From an uncultured Desulfarculus sp. (lineage in GTDB: Bacteria > Desulfobacterota > Desulfarculia > Desulfarculales > Desulfarculaceae), in the NCBI GenBank assembly GCA_963665125.2, contig CAXXUK010000002.1, positions 96,001 through 160,000 on the forward strand: a stretch of 64,000 bases of DNA. The letters are read 5' to 3'. The position numbers were made by a program, and so were the translations under genes. Below the pieces are notes generated by a model, which made no database searches, was not told the DNA's origin, and worked only from the letters and a program-made list of their open reading frames with translations. Positions 1 through 11,428 of this stretch are shown here, piece after piece. Positions within the stretch are counted from its first letter, which is position 1. The number at the start of each line of letters is the position of its first letter.

Positions 1-1012
1 CTGTGGAGCGGGCAGGGCGGCCGGCATGGTCAACGGCGTATTGCGTTCGCTGTCCAGAGCAATGCCGGCGGCGGCCCAGTTGCCCCATATAGACGAGCCG
101 GCCGCCCGACTGGCCATAACCTATTCCCATCCCCAATGGATTGTCGATGATCTGCTTGCGCAGTGGGGCCCGGAAAAGTTGGAACCATGGCTGGAGGCCA
201 ACCAGAGTCAACAGCCGGTGACCCTGCGGGCCAACACCCTGCGCACCAGCCGGGGTGAACTGAAAGAGTTGCTGGCCGACTCGGTGGACGCGGCTTTTGA
301 TCATCCCCTGGCGCCCGACGGCTTGATCATCAAGGGTTCCCGGGGGCCCCTGGAACTGCTTCCCGGCTTTGATGACGGCCTGTGGCAGGCCCAGGACGCC
401 GGAGCCCAGGCCCTGAGCCGCCTGTTGGGCGTGCTGCCCGGCATGAAGGTCCTTGACCTCTGCGCCGGGGCCGGGGGCAAGACCGGCCATCTGGCCGCGC
501 TGATGCAAAACCGGGGAGAGGTGGTGGCCGTGGACAAGTCGCCGGGCCGCATCCGGGCTTTGCGAAACAACATGGCCCGGTTGGGCGCCGAGATAGTCCG
601 CGTCGCCGAGGCCGACGGCCAGGACTATGACCCCAGAGGCCTGACCTATGACGCCATTTTGGTGGACGCGCCCTGCTCGGGGCTGGGGGTCCTGGGCCGC
701 AGGCCCGACGCCCGCTGGCGCAGGTCGTCCGGCGACAGTAGGCGGCTGGCCGAACTGCAACTGCGTTTGTTGGGGCACGCCGCCCGCATGCTGGCCTCCG
801 GCGGCGCGCTATTGTATTGCACCTGCACCGTGACCAAGACCGAAAACGAGGACGTGGTGGGGCGGCTGTTGGACGGACAAAAGGATCTCCAGCCGGATTG
901 GCAGGGAGCCGAGACCTTCGGCTGCCTGGACGACGACGGATTCTGGCGCAGCTTCCCCCGTTCCATGCAGGCTGATTCGTTTTTCGCCGCCCGCCTGGTG
1001 CGCCGGTCTTAA
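1..1012 (+). CDS. rsmB: 16S rRNA (C967-C5) methyltransferase RsmB/Sun, 5' end outside the window
   Basis: NusB-like tail (MVNGVLR), YSHPQW, VLDLCAGAGGKT, DAPCSGLG and YCTCT motifs; frame is open upstream of 26. Confidence 0.92.
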   Translation, partial: CGAGRAAGMVNGVLRSLSRAMPAAAQLPHIDEPAARLAITYSHPQWIVDDLLAQWGPEKLEPWLEANQSQQPVTLRANTLRTSRGELKELLADSVDAAFDHPLAPDGLIIKGSRGPLELLPGFDDGLWQAQDAGAQALSRLLGVLPGMKVLDLCAGAGGKTGHLAALMQNRGEVVAVDKSPGRIRALRNNMARLGAEIVRVAEADGQDYDPRGLTYDAILVDAPCSGLGVLGRRPDARWRRSSGDSRRLAELQLRLLGHAARMLASGGALLYCTCTVTKTENEDVVGRLLDGQKDLQPDWQGAETFGCLDDDGFWRSFPRSMQADSFFAARLVRRS

Positions 1013-1119
1013 CCTCTGCGGCTTGGTTTGTCCGGCCTGCGGCCGCCCTCCTGTTTTTGTATGTTGATTTGAGCGGCCCCTGTGGTAAACAACAGGCCAA
1101 AGCTTTTCGCCCCTGACCA

Positions 1120-1791
<672 letters not shown>

Positions 1792-1795
1792 TCCC

Positions 1796-2326
1796 ATGCC
1801 TGTGGCCACGGCCCGGACCAGAGACTTTGGGCTCCTGGGCCTGTGGCTAGCCTTTATTCTCTGTTGCACCTTTTTCGGGCGCATGGTCAGCCCCCTGTTG
1901 GAGGGCCCCCAGAACCGGATGCGCACCTACGCCCTGGTGGCCGCCTCCGGCGTGGCCGCCGCCGCCGTGGCCCTGGCCAGGCTGCGCAGGCTGCCCCACG
2001 CCAAACGCGGGGCATCCCTGGCCTGGCTGACGGTCAGCGCCGTGGCCCTGGGCCTTTTGGCCTGGGCCCAGGCCAACCACGTCGAGTCGACCCATGTGGT
2101 GATTTTCGGCGTGTTGGGCGCACTGGCCTGGCGGGCGGCGGGTCACCGCTTTTCCGGCTGGGCCCGCCTGGCCGCGGCAATGTTCTTTTGCGCGGCAGTG
2201 GGGGCCGGAGACGAAATCATCCAGTATCTGCATCCCCAGCGCTACGGCGATCTGCACGACGTGGCCACCAACACCGCCGCCTCGTGGATCGGCTGCCTGG
2301 GCTGCCGCCTAAGCCGCATCGCCTAA
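1796..2326 (+). CDS. VanZ-like membrane protein
   Basis: Multiple TM segments; H..FG.LG and DEIIQY..P.R.GDLHDV..N pattern. Confidence 0.7.
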   Translation: MPVATARTRDFGLLGLWLAFILCCTFFGRMVSPLLEGPQNRMRTYALVAASGVAAAAVALARLRRLPHAKRGASLAWLTVSAVALGLLAWAQANHVESTHVVIFGVLGALAWRAAGHRFSGWARLAAAMFFCAAVGAGDEIIQYLHPQRYGDLHDVATNTAASWIGCLGCRLSRIA

Positions 2327-2361
2327 ACCATTTTGGCTTGAGCGCATAAAAGGAGGATGTC

Positions 2362-2610
2362 ATGGTCAAACTGCGCAAGCGTATGACGCCGCTCTTGGGG
2401 GCCGTTATGTTGGCTGCGGTCCTTCTGGCCGGGAACGCTCCGGCCGTCGAACCGGTCGCCACGACCGAATATCATGGCAATGTCAAGTCGCACGTATTTC
2501 ACCGGCCCGGTTGCCGCTATTATTCCTGCAAGAGCTATACGATAGTCTTTACGTCGAGAGAACAGGCCTTGGCCGCCGGATACCGCCCTTGCAAAGTCTG
2601 CCAGCCTTAA
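2362..2610 (+). CDS. small exported protein with Ada-type metal-binding domain
   Basis: AGGAGG RBS, signal peptide, YHGNVKSHVFHRPGC...FTSREQALAAGYRPCKVC. Confidence 0.8.
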   Translation: MVKLRKRMTPLLGAVMLAAVLLAGNAPAVEPVATTEYHGNVKSHVFHRPGCRYYSCKSYTIVFTSREQALAAGYRPCKVCQP

Positions 2611-2837
2611 CCGGCGGAACCATGCCCACCCTGTCCGGTTGTCATGCCTGAGTCGAACGCCTTCTTCGGACTGTAAACCGCCCGTCCAAACAGGTTATAC
2701 TGCCATGAATCCGCATGGGGTGCGTCCCCTTTGACGGGATTCACCGATATGGTCCTCACCCGGCGCCAATCGCATCACGAGCTAACCGGACCTTGCATCT
2801 CACCGCCTTATCCGCAGGCCATAATACGGGGGAGGAT

Positions 2838-4436
2838 ATGTTCGACTATATCGTCATCGGCGGAGGGTCCGCCGGTTGCGTGTTGGCCAACCGGCTGACG
2901 GAAAATCCGGCCAACTCGGTCTGCCTTTTGGAGGCCGGGCCCACGGACCGCACCTATTGGGTTCGCAGCTGCAATCCCTTGAACATGCTCTACCTGATGA
3001 ACAGCCGGAAATACAACTGGCTGTATTCAACCCAACCATGCCCCAAAACAGGTGACCGCCGTTTTTTCTGGCCCAGGGGAAAAACCCTGGGCGGATCGAG
3101 TTCGGTGAACGCCATGATCTACACCCGGGGACACCGCTGGGACTATGATCACTGGGCCGAGCTGGGAAACAAGGGCTGGGACTATGAGTCCGTGCTGCCC
3201 TGGTTTTTAAAATCCGAAAGGCAGCAGCGGGGAGCCGACGACTTCCACAACGCCGACGGCTGCATGGACGTGGTGGACACCACCTTCAACTTCCCGGCCA
3301 GCCGCGCCTTTGTGGAGGCCTGCCGGCAGGCGGGCTTCCCCCATAATACGGATATGAACGGCGAGATCCAGGAGGGTTGCGGGCTGTTTCAGGTCAACCA
3401 GACGCCGGAGGGCAAACGCTGTCATGCCGCGGTGTCCCATCTGGACCAGGCCCTGCCCCGCCCCAATCTGACGGTGTTGACCAACACCTATGTCACCCGG
3501 ATCACCTTTGACGGCAAACGGGCCACCGGCGTGGAATATGCCGAAGGCAAGCCCGGACGGCACCGGGTGGCGCTGACGGCCAACAAAGAGGTGCTGCTCA
3601 GCGCCGGGGTGATCAATTCGCCGCAACTACTCAAGCTGTCGGGCATAGGGCCCCGGGATGAATTGAAACACCACGGCATACCGCTGGTGCATGACCTGCC
3701 CGGCGTTGGCGAAAACCTCCAGGATCACCCTGATGTCATCGTCCGCAGCCTGGACAAATCCAGGACCTCGTTTTGCACTTCGCCCGGTCCCTACACCTTG
3801 CGATTTTTGTCGCGGTATATCAGTAAAAACCCGCCTTTTGTCTTCACCCCCACCGATGCGGGCGGGTTTGTAAAATCCGATCCGGGGCAGCCCATACCGG
3901 ATTTGCAGCTTCAGTTCGCGGCCGTGCGCATGCAGCCCCACGGCAAGGGCCTTTTCACCCCGGCCCGCTTCGGTTTTGTCCTGCACGTCTGCCACATGCG
4001 GCCGGCCAGCCGGGGGCGCGTCTCGCTCAGATCGGCCGACCCTTTTGACCGGCCCTTTATCGAACCGAACTATTTTGAAAACGAGATGGAGTTGGATGCC
4101 CTGGTCAACGGGGTGAAGATAGTGCGGGATGTGCTGTCCCAGCCCGCCATGGCGCCATTTAGCGGCGGCGAGGAGGTTCCCGGCGACGCGGTCCGCTCGG
4201 ACGACGACATCCGGCGTTTTATCCTGGAAAAGGTGGAAACGGTCTACCATACCGCCGGATCATGCAAGATGGGGGTCGATGAAATGGCGGTCGTGGACCC
4301 GGAGCTGCGGGTGCATGGCCTGGAAAACCTGCGGGTGATCGATTCGGCGATCCTTCCCACCATCACCGGCAGCAATATCCACGGCCCCACGGTGATGATC
4401 GCCGAAAAAGGCGCGGACATGATCCTGAACGCCTGA
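2838..4436 (+). CDS. GMC family FAD oxidoreductase (choline/alcohol dehydrogenase-like)
   Basis: [44 protein letters not shown]; start placed after GGAGG. Confidence 0.93.
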   Translation: MFDYIVIGGGSAGCVLANRLTENPANSVCLLEAGPTDRTYWVRSCNPLNMLYLMNSRKYNWLYSTQPCPKTGDRRFFWPRGKTLGGSSSVNAMIYTRGHRWDYDHWAELGNKGWDYESVLPWFLKSERQQRGADDFHNADGCMDVVDTTFNFPASRAFVEACRQAGFPHNTDMNGEIQEGCGLFQVNQTPEGKRCHAAVSHLDQALPRPNLTVLTNTYVTRITFDGKRATGVEYAEGKPGRHRVALTANKEVLLSAGVINSPQLLKLSGIGPRDELKHHGIPLVHDLPGVGENLQDHPDVIVRSLDKSRTSFCTSPGPYTLRFLSRYISKNPPFVFTPTDAGGFVKSDPGQPIPDLQLQFAAVRMQPHGKGLFTPARFGFVLHVCHMRPASRGRVSLRSADPFDRPFIEPNYFENEMELDALVNGVKIVRDVLSQPAMAPFSGGEEVPGDAVRSDDDIRRFILEKVETVYHTAGSCKMGVDEMAVVDPELRVHGLENLRVIDSAILPTITGSNIHGPTVMIAEKGADMILNA

Positions 4437-4493
4437 CGCCTCGGCCAAACCAGCCGGTGCGGGGCTTCATCCAAAATTGGAGTCGGCGCCGGG

Positions 4494-7343
4494 CTAGTCT
4501 TTTTCCACCGCCCTTAGCAGCTCGCCGCGTTCCACGGGCTTACGGATGATCATGTCCGGTTTGGGGATGTCCGGCGGCGGCACCATGCCCACACTGTCGA
4601 GGCTCCACCCGGTCACCACCACGAACGGCGTGTGTTTGTGCTGGTCGGCTCCGTTGTTTTTCATGGCCCTGGCCACATCCCAGGCCGAACCGTCGGGCAG
4701 GCCCTGATCGCATATGACCACATCGGGCCATTGTCTTTTCAAGGCCAGCCTGGCCTGGGCCACGTTGGCGGCGTGGCGGACGTTGTGCCCGGCCTGGGTC
4801 AGCACCGCTTCGGCGCCCATGGCCACCAGGGCCTCGTCCTCCACCAACAACACCGTGCGGGGTCTGCCGTTGCCCCTGGGCCTTGCCTCGGCCTGGGGCC
4901 TGGGCCGTGGTTCGGCAAGGGGTAGGCGAACGGTGAAAACCGCTCCGCCCTCTTGGCGGTTTTGGGCTTCGATGGAGCCGCCATGGGCCATGATGACGCC
5001 CTTGCAGCTGGCCAGGCCCAGTCCCTTGCCCCGCACGCCCTTGGTGCTGAAAAACGGCTCGAACAGCCGGGGCAGGTTCTCGGGATCAATGCCGGGGCCG
5101 TTGTCGGCGACCCTGATACAGGCCATGCCTTGCTCGACAACGCCCGCGATCTCTATTTCGCCGTTTTTACCGGAAGCCTCAATGGCGTTGCTGAGCAGGT
5201 TCAGGAACACGTCAACCAATTCACCGCGATGACCGTTGGTCCACAGGCTGTCGGGCAAATCGGCCGCGATGAACCGGCTCCGCTCATGTTTGGTGGTTGC
5301 TTCCACCAGATCCAAGGCCGTATGCACCACCTCGGCCAGGGGCAACACTTCACGCCCGGTGTTGTCTTGGACGCCCGAAACCAAAAACGCTTCCAGGCGT
5401 TTGACCATGTCCTGGCCGTTGGAGGCGGCCCTGGCCACGTTGCCCAACAGCTTTATCTCGCGGCGGCTGGCCTGGCGACTTTGCATCAGATCTTCAAGGG
5501 CCTGGGCGTTGCCGGTTATGGCCATGAGCAGGTTGTTGAAATTGTGGGTCACGCTGGCCGTGGCCTGACGGATGCGCTCCCTGGCCGCGTCACGCCGGCT
5601 GGAATCCCGCAGGAAGCAGATGATCTTGTGGCTGCCTTCGATCTCGACCACCGAAGCGGACACGTCACAGTGCATGGGCCTGCCGCTAGTGGTAAGCAGG
5701 GCCACATCACGGGTTCTTATGGTCTGGCCCGGCTCAAGGTCTTCTATGATCAGGGCCAGCTTGCCCATTTTGGTGCAGGCCCAGTCTTGGAGTTTGCCCT
5801 GGGACGGGTCTTGGGGACCGGAAAAACCAAGCAGGCCGCTTGCCGCGGGATTGATATAGACAATGTCCTTGCGGGGGTAGTCAAAGATAAGCATTCCGCC
5901 GGGCATATTTTCCAGCACACCGCGGTGGAACTGTTCGCTGCGCCGCAAAGCCGCCTCGGCCTTGAGTTGTTCGGTTACGTCCACGCCGGACACCACTACG
6001 AATTCGACCCCTCCACTATCGTCCCTTATGGCATTGGCCGACCACTGGATTGAAATTCTGCCTCCGTCCTTGGTGAGCAACTGGCTCAATCTCTCATTGG
6101 GAAACTGCATGGTGTTGAGGCTTGAAATGTAGTTTTTTGCTCTCTGCCGTCTTTCCGGAGGAACGAGGCAATCCAAGGCGTACAGGCCTACCAACTTTTC
6201 CATGGAGTGTCCGGTTGCCTTTTCCGAGGCCTTATTAAAGAAAACGATTCGCCCACGGGCGTCAATCACCATGGTCAAGGTGGTTGTCGAATCCAGCACG
6301 GCATTGCTGAAGTCAAGTTGGCGGTATAATTCCCTCTCGGCCATTTTCTGGCGGGTTACATCCTGTACCGCCCCCCATTCAGGCCAGCCCTCCAGAGGTG
6401 CCGTGGCACCCATGGCATGCAGGATGATATGCCGTGTTTCGCCGTTTTTTCGCGCCAAGGTCAACGGGACTCCGCGGGAAAGGTTGGACTCGTCCAAGCC
6501 GAGCACCCGCTGATCCTGGAGGTCGAACATTTGTTTGATGGCTTGTCCCATATCGCGGAACTCGGTGGCGCGATACCCGGTGAGTTTTGCGGCGGCGCGG
6601 TTCCACAGACCGGGCCTTCCCTGCCAGTCAAAGGCGTAAACTGCAATGGGCAAATTGCCCAGGGCGGCCTCCAGCCGTTCTTGCTGGCTGATCAGTTCAT
6701 CCTGGGAACGGCGGAGGTTGTGGTGCATTTGCTGGTAAAAGGCCACCAGCAGGAATATGGCCGTAAAAACCTCGCAGGCCGTACCGGACAACAGGCCCCA
6801 GGCCATTGTCTCGGGGGTGGGCGTTATCAGGATCGTGACCAGGATCTGTTGGACCAGACCCCAAAAGACCAGGGCGGCTCCGGCGGCGAACCTGGGCCAG
6901 GGTTCCAGGTGCCCGGCCTGCAATAGGCGCAGCCCGGCCGCGGCGTAGGTCAAACCCACGGCGATGCAGGCAGGGGCGATGATGATCTTGTGCGGCAGAC
7001 CAAAGGTCTGGGCGATCAGCGCGAAAAGAAACCCGCCCGCCATGGCCATGACCGGCCAGCGGGGGGCCTTGGCCGCGCTATCGAGAAAAACCAGGCTGCC
7101 CCACAGCAGCAGGTAGGCCCCCGCCGCCGCCAAAAGGCTGAAGGCGCGGACCAACATGTCGCCGGAGGAAAAATCCGACGGCAGTCCGATGACCAGAAGG
7201 TTGCGAACCGCGTAACAAAACCAGGCCGCGGTCCATAAGGCCAGGGCTTTGCGGCGGTGCAGGGCAAAAAGCTGGGCATAGACCAGCAGCAATACTCCGG
7301 TGGCCACGAACCCGGCGATGATTTTAGGGATAGACCATTCCAA
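4494..7343 (-). CDS. membrane PAS-domain hybrid sensor histidine kinase/response regulator
   Basis: N-terminal TM region, PAS repeats, HNFNNLL H-box, DNGPG, FFSTK, GLGL, C-terminal receiver (LLVEDE...CD...KP). Confidence 0.92.
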   Translation of the reverse strand: MEWSIPKIIAGFVATGVLLLVYAQLFALHRRKALALWTAAWFCYAVRNLLVIGLPSDFSSGDMLVRAFSLLAAAGAYLLLWGSLVFLDSAAKAPRWPVMAMAGGFLFALIAQTFGLPHKIIIAPACIAVGLTYAAAGLRLLQAGHLEPWPRFAAGAALVFWGLVQQILVTILITPTPETMAWGLLSGTACEVFTAIFLLVAFYQQMHHNLRRSQDELISQQERLEAALGNLPIAVYAFDWQGRPGLWNRAAAKLTGYRATEFRDMGQAIKQMFDLQDQRVLGLDESNLSRGVPLTLARKNGETRHIILHAMGATAPLEGWPEWGAVQDVTRQKMAERELYRQLDFSNAVLDSTTTLTMVIDARGRIVFFNKASEKATGHSMEKLVGLYALDCLVPPERRQRAKNYISSLNTMQFPNERLSQLLTKDGGRISIQWSANAIRDDSGGVEFVVVSGVDVTEQLKAEAALRRSEQFHRGVLENMPGGMLIFDYPRKDIVYINPAASGLLGFSGPQDPSQGKLQDWACTKMGKLALIIEDLEPGQTIRTRDVALLTTSGRPMHCDVSASVVEIEGSHKIICFLRDSSRRDAARERIRQATASVTHNFNNLLMAITGNAQALEDLMQSRQASRREIKLLGNVARAASNGQDMVKRLEAFLVSGVQDNTGREVLPLAEVVHTALDLVEATTKHERSRFIAADLPDSLWTNGHRGELVDVFLNLLSNAIEASGKNGEIEIAGVVEQGMACIRVADNGPGIDPENLPRLFEPFFSTKGVRGKGLGLASCKGVIMAHGGSIEAQNRQEGGAVFTVRLPLAEPRPRPQAEARPRGNGRPRTVLLVEDEALVAMGAEAVLTQAGHNVRHAANVAQARLALKRQWPDVVICDQGLPDGSAWDVARAMKNNGADQHKHTPFVVVTGWSLDSVGMVPPPDIPKPDMIIRKPVERGELLRAVEKD

Positions 7344-7423
7344 GGTCGCTAATCCGCGTGATTCAGCATTAAAACCGTAGAGAATGGGTGATTTTAGTGC
7401 ATTTAACCGCTAATAGCAACCTG

Positions 7424-8118
7424 TTAGGGCACTTCGGCTTCCTGCCAGGAGTAGCAGGCGATGCCCGGGGTTTTTTCCACCTCGTCAAGCAGCTTGTTCC
7501 ATCTGCGTCCGGCAACGATCTTCAGGCGGAAATTGTAGTTGATGACATCGGTGGTGTGGCAATAGCTTTTTCCGGCAAATGCAATGGTGGCATGGTACTG
7601 AATCAGCAACTTGCGAACATCTTCGATAGCCTGATGGTCCATGGCTTCCAGCGACAAAACCACCTGTTGCTCATGAGAGACCAGGGCAGCCAAAATCGGA
7701 AATACGGCCAGAGCCACCAAGGTCGTGGCCACCGTGGCCATGGCTGGAATATAGAGTCCGGCGCCCACGGAAAGGCCCACGCCTGTAAGGAGCCACATGG
7801 CCGCGCCGGTGGTAACACCCCAGGCCGAGCGGCGGCCCTGGATGATGGCCCCGGCGCCCAAGAAGCCCATGCCGGCCATGGCGTAGGAGGGCAGCCGGGC
7901 CGGGTCCAGGCGCACCACCGAATCGGCGGCCTCGTCGGAAAACATCTGACCTAGGAATAACGAAAGGCTCATCACCAGGGCTCCGGCCATGCACACCAGC
8001 ATGCAGGAGCGCAGACCGGCGGCTTGCTGTGCCGCTCCCGTTCAAGGCCCACGAGCATGCCCAGACCGGCTGCAAACAATATGCGCACGACCATGGTTAT
8101 TTCGTCGACCGGAGCCAC
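7424..8118 (-). pseudogene. mgtC: MgtC/SapB family membrane protein, frameshifted near 8027
   Basis: GLERERH in one frame (GTG at 8118, GGAAAGGA RBS) and QAAGLRSCMLV...DPARL...GMGFLGAG in another. Confidence 0.75.
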
Positions 8119-8134
8119 TGGCTGATTCCTTTCC

Positions 8135-8707
8135 TTAGAACTTAACCTTGGGTGCCTGCTGGGCCGGTGCGTCGGCCCTGAACATTTCCATGCGCTGGAA
8201 GCCCATCAAGCGGGCCAGGATCATGGTTGGCAGGGTTTCCACGGCCAGGTTGTAATCCTTGACAGCCCTGTTGAACCGGGTGCGGGCCACCGTGATGCGG
8301 TTTTCCGTGCCCTCGAGCTGGGCTTGCAAATCCAGGAAGTTCTGGTTGGCCTTGAGGTCGGGATAGCGCTCCACCACCACCATCAAACGGCCCAGGGCGC
8401 TTTGCATGGCAGCGTCGGCATCGAGCTTGCCTTGCAGGTCCTTTGCGTTGCCGAACTGGTTGCGGGCGGCGATGACGCCTTGCAGGGTTTCCTTTTCGTG
8501 GGCGGCATAGCCCTTGACCGTCTCCACCAGGTTGGGGATAAGGTCATAGCGCCGTTGCAGGTCGGTTTCGATGTTGGCTTGGGCCTCGGTTACGTTTTCC
8601 CGCAGGGTCTTGAGTTGGTTGTAGGGGCTGACGAACAGCCACAAAAACGCGATCAGGGCAATAACGCCGATACCGATAGCGACCTTTGCTCCCTTGCTCA
8701 TGGACAC
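8135..8707 (-). CDS. lemA: LemA family protein
   Basis: TM anchor, LQRRYDLIPNLVETVKGYAAHE, ERYPDLKANQNF, EGTENRI. Confidence 0.96.
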   Translation of the reverse strand: MSMSKGAKVAIGIGVIALIAFLWLFVSPYNQLKTLRENVTEAQANIETDLQRRYDLIPNLVETVKGYAAHEKETLQGVIAARNQFGNAKDLQGKLDADAAMQSALGRLMVVVERYPDLKANQNFLDLQAQLEGTENRITVARTRFNRAVKDYNLAVETLPTMILARLMGFQRMEMFRADAPAQQAPKVKF

Positions 8708-8842
8708 TCCCTCTGCTCCGCCCCGGATAGTCGCCGGGTTGTGATATTTTTCATTTTAACTAAAAAACCGCTCGACAAGGCAAGCTTTTGTTAACGAAAT
8801 ATTATACCAGCGCTGGCATATGGCGCAGGTATAACCGGCAAG

Positions 8843-9658
8843 CTAGCGAAATGAAGCCCCGCCGCCGCCGCTGGCCCCGCCGCCGAAGGCCCCGAAACCA
8901 CCGCCAAAAGCCGAGAAGCCTTTGAATTTGGCGAGCAATCCGGCAATACCGCCGTAACCTACGAAAAACCAAACCAGAAAGGCTGCAATCAGCCATCCTC
9001 CGGGGTCATTTTTTCCGCCCATGCCGTCGGAAAACCACAGCTTGACCATGAACACCACCAGCAGCACCACGACCAGCAAGCCCAACAGGGCCCCAACAAC
9101 ATAATCGAACGTGGTCGGCTTGGGTGGTTTCAGGTCGACGCCCTTGCTTTTGGCGATGGCCAGGGCCGCGGAGAGTACTCCTTGGCGAATGGCCTGATCG
9201 TTGAGCTTTCGTTTGAATTCGGGAAGCATGGCCTGGGTGATGATGCGGTTGGCCAGGGCGTCAGTGATGATGTGTTCCAGGCCGTAACCCACCTCGATAC
9301 GGATTTGCAGGGGATTGCGGACGATCACCAACAGCAGGCCGTCGTCGTGATCCCGGCGGCCCAGGCCCAGCTGCTCGAAGCGCTCCACGGCGAATTGTTC
9401 CAGGGTCTGGTCCGCGGGCAGGGACATCTTTGTGATCACCGCCAGTTGGGCCCCGGTCTTTTGCTCCAGGCGGTGGGCTGTTTCGTTGATGGTGAATTCA
9501 TTAGCCAGAAAACAGCCGCCGTCAAGAACCACATCGGGAAACGGGTCCTGCCACGGATTGATGCCGTTGGCGTAAAACAGCGAAAAGGAAAAGACGATCC
9601 CCGCCGCCACGGGACCGAAAATAACTATCAGCAGTAGCGTCCGGATGGCGTTCTGCAC
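8843..9658 (-). CDS. TPM domain protein
   Basis: DDGLLLVI...IRIEVGYGLE; Gly-rich GGGASGGGGAS tail. Confidence 0.88.
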   Translation of the reverse strand: MQNAIRTLLLIVIFGPVAAGIVFSFSLFYANGINPWQDPFPDVVLDGGCFLANEFTINETAHRLEQKTGAQLAVITKMSLPADQTLEQFAVERFEQLGLGRRDHDDGLLLVIVRNPLQIRIEVGYGLEHIITDALANRIITQAMLPEFKRKLNDQAIRQGVLSAALAIAKSKGVDLKPPKPTTFDYVVGALLGLLVVVLLVVFMVKLWFSDGMGGKNDPGGWLIAAFLVWFFVGYGGIAGLLAKFKGFSAFGGGFGAFGGGASGGGGASFR

Positions 9659-9691
9659 TTGATGAATCCCCCCGGTGGTGGCGGTGAGCTG

Positions 9692-10417
9692 CTACATTTT
9701 GTCAACCCGGCGGCCCAGCTCGGCCAGCTGCTCCTCGGCCTGTTCGATGAGGCCGGCCATCTCGCCGCCCTTGGGCTTGAACGATCCGTCGCGGACCAGG
9801 GAAAGCTTGCGCAGGGCGTCCACGGCCAGCCCAGCCTCTTCGCATTTGGCCATGACCTCGCCCTGTTCCAGGGGGAAGGAGCCAGCGGTCAGGTAGAGCC
9901 AGCCCTGCAACAGGGCCTTCATGGCCGGGGCGGCCTCGGCGGCCACCTGGGCCAGGGCCTTGTCCCGGCCGCCGCTGGTTAATAGCCTGCCGCCCAGGGC
10001 CAGGCGCTTGGCCTTGACCTCCCGCTCCAGTTGCAGGCGCAGGTCCCCGGATTCGATTTTCAGATCCGCCAGGGGGTCTTCGCCGTGCAGGCATTTGTGC
10101 GAGGCGGCCATGGTCAGAAACTCGATGGGAAACACATCCTTGCTGGAGGCGATGAACTGGGAGCTCATGATCACCGGCGGGGCCACGCCCGCCGAGGCCC
10201 AGGTCTCGAAAAACCCGCTCAGGCGGCTGATCACCCGCCGCGCGCCGTTGGCCGTCTCGACAAGCAGGTTGATGTCGCTGCGGCCCTGGGTGTAGGCCCC
10301 CCGGGCGGCGGAGCCGAATACGCACACGCTGACCAGGTCAGTGCCCAGGGCCTTGGTCAGGTCCATCAGGATTTCATCGAAGATATCTTCGGGCTTTGCC
10401 GGTGGTTTCTTGGCCAT
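9692..10417 (-). CDS. nucleotidyltransferase-fold protein
   Basis: FGSAARG...SDINLL motif; DVFPIEF. Confidence 0.75.
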   Translation of the reverse strand: MAKKPPAKPEDIFDEILMDLTKALGTDLVSVCVFGSAARGAYTQGRSDINLLVETANGARRVISRLSGFFETWASAGVAPPVIMSSQFIASSKDVFPIEFLTMAASHKCLHGEDPLADLKIESGDLRLQLEREVKAKRLALGGRLLTSGGRDKALAQVAAEAAPAMKALLQGWLYLTAGSFPLEQGEVMAKCEEAGLAVDALRKLSLVRDGSFKPKGGEMAGLIEQAEEQLAELGRRVDKM

Positions 10418-10633
10418 CTATTTCCGCCTTTATTGATATAGCTACAATCTGAAAATTCGTTTTTATGCCGCCCGACCGGGGCCAGTGGCCTTCAATTGGG
10501 AACAGTGTCCGGCCCCCGACTTGGGAGGCCAAGCATTGGCCTGGCGGCCCGTTGGACATTGCGCCAGGCCGGGGCCACTGCCGTTTATCCGGGCATGGCC
10601 TTCAACCCCCGCTATGGGAGCGCAAGTCTTGCG

Positions 10634-11422
10634 CTAGAAGTCGCCGGAAAAACCGCCGCCGCCGGACATGCCGCCGCCGAAGCCGCCAAACCCGCCTCCG
10701 CCGCCAAAGGAACTGAATCCGCCGCCGGAGCTGTGGCCGCCGCCCATCATGGAGCCCAGGAACATGCCCGTTAAAAAGGAGCCGCCGCCGCCTCTGCGTC
10801 CGCCGCGCCCCCGCAGGGCGGCGACGATAAAGAAGATGATGATGAACAGGATGAACGGCAGGACCACGCCCGCGCCGCCGCCGTCGGACTTGACCTTGAC
10901 ATCGGGCACGCCGGTGAGCTTGACGCCCTTGTCCTTGGCGATGATCTGGGCCGCGGCGGCCACTCCGGCGCCCAGGCCCAGGTCAAACTTGTTTTGCTTG
11001 AGATAGGGCAGCATGGCCTGGTCGTAGATCCGCCGGGCCACGGCGTCGGGAATGATGCCTTCCAGTCCGTAGCCCACCTCGATGCGGGCCTTGCGCTCCT
11101 TGAGGGCCAGCAGGAACAGCAGGCCTTCATCCTTGCCCTTTTCACCGATGCCCCATTTTTCAAATAGTTCCACGGCCAGACCCTCGATGGTCTGGTCGCC
11201 CAGGGTGGGCACGGTGGCCACGACAATGGACGCCCCGGTCTTTTGCCAAAGCTCCATGCTCCAGTTGGTTATGGCCTTTTCACCCTGGGCTGAAAAAAGA
11301 TCGGCGTAGTCGGCCACCGGGCCCTTGGGCCTGGGCCAATCGGCGGCCAATGCCGCGCCGAAGCTGATAAACAAAAGCGCCGCCATTAGCAGCGGCGCTA
11401 TTTTTAGAAAATTGCGTTTCAT
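10634..11422 (-). CDS. TPM domain protein
   Basis: Signal peptide, WGIGEKGKDEGLL, RIEVGYGLEG, Gly-rich tail. Confidence 0.92.
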   Translation of the reverse strand: MKRNFLKIAPLLMAALLFISFGAALAADWPRPKGPVADYADLFSAQGEKAITNWSMELWQKTGASIVVATVPTLGDQTIEGLAVELFEKWGIGEKGKDEGLLFLLALKERKARIEVGYGLEGIIPDAVARRIYDQAMLPYLKQNKFDLGLGAGVAAAAQIIAKDKGVKLTGVPDVKVKSDGGGAGVVLPFILFIIIFFIVAALRGRGGRRGGGGSFLTGMFLGSMMGGGHSSGGGFSSFGGGGGFGGFGGGMSGGGGFSGDF

Positions 11423-11428
11423 AAACTC

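Noticed and set aside
10634..10810. ccgccg-rich repeats
   Set aside because: They encode the Gly-rich tail of a TPM protein
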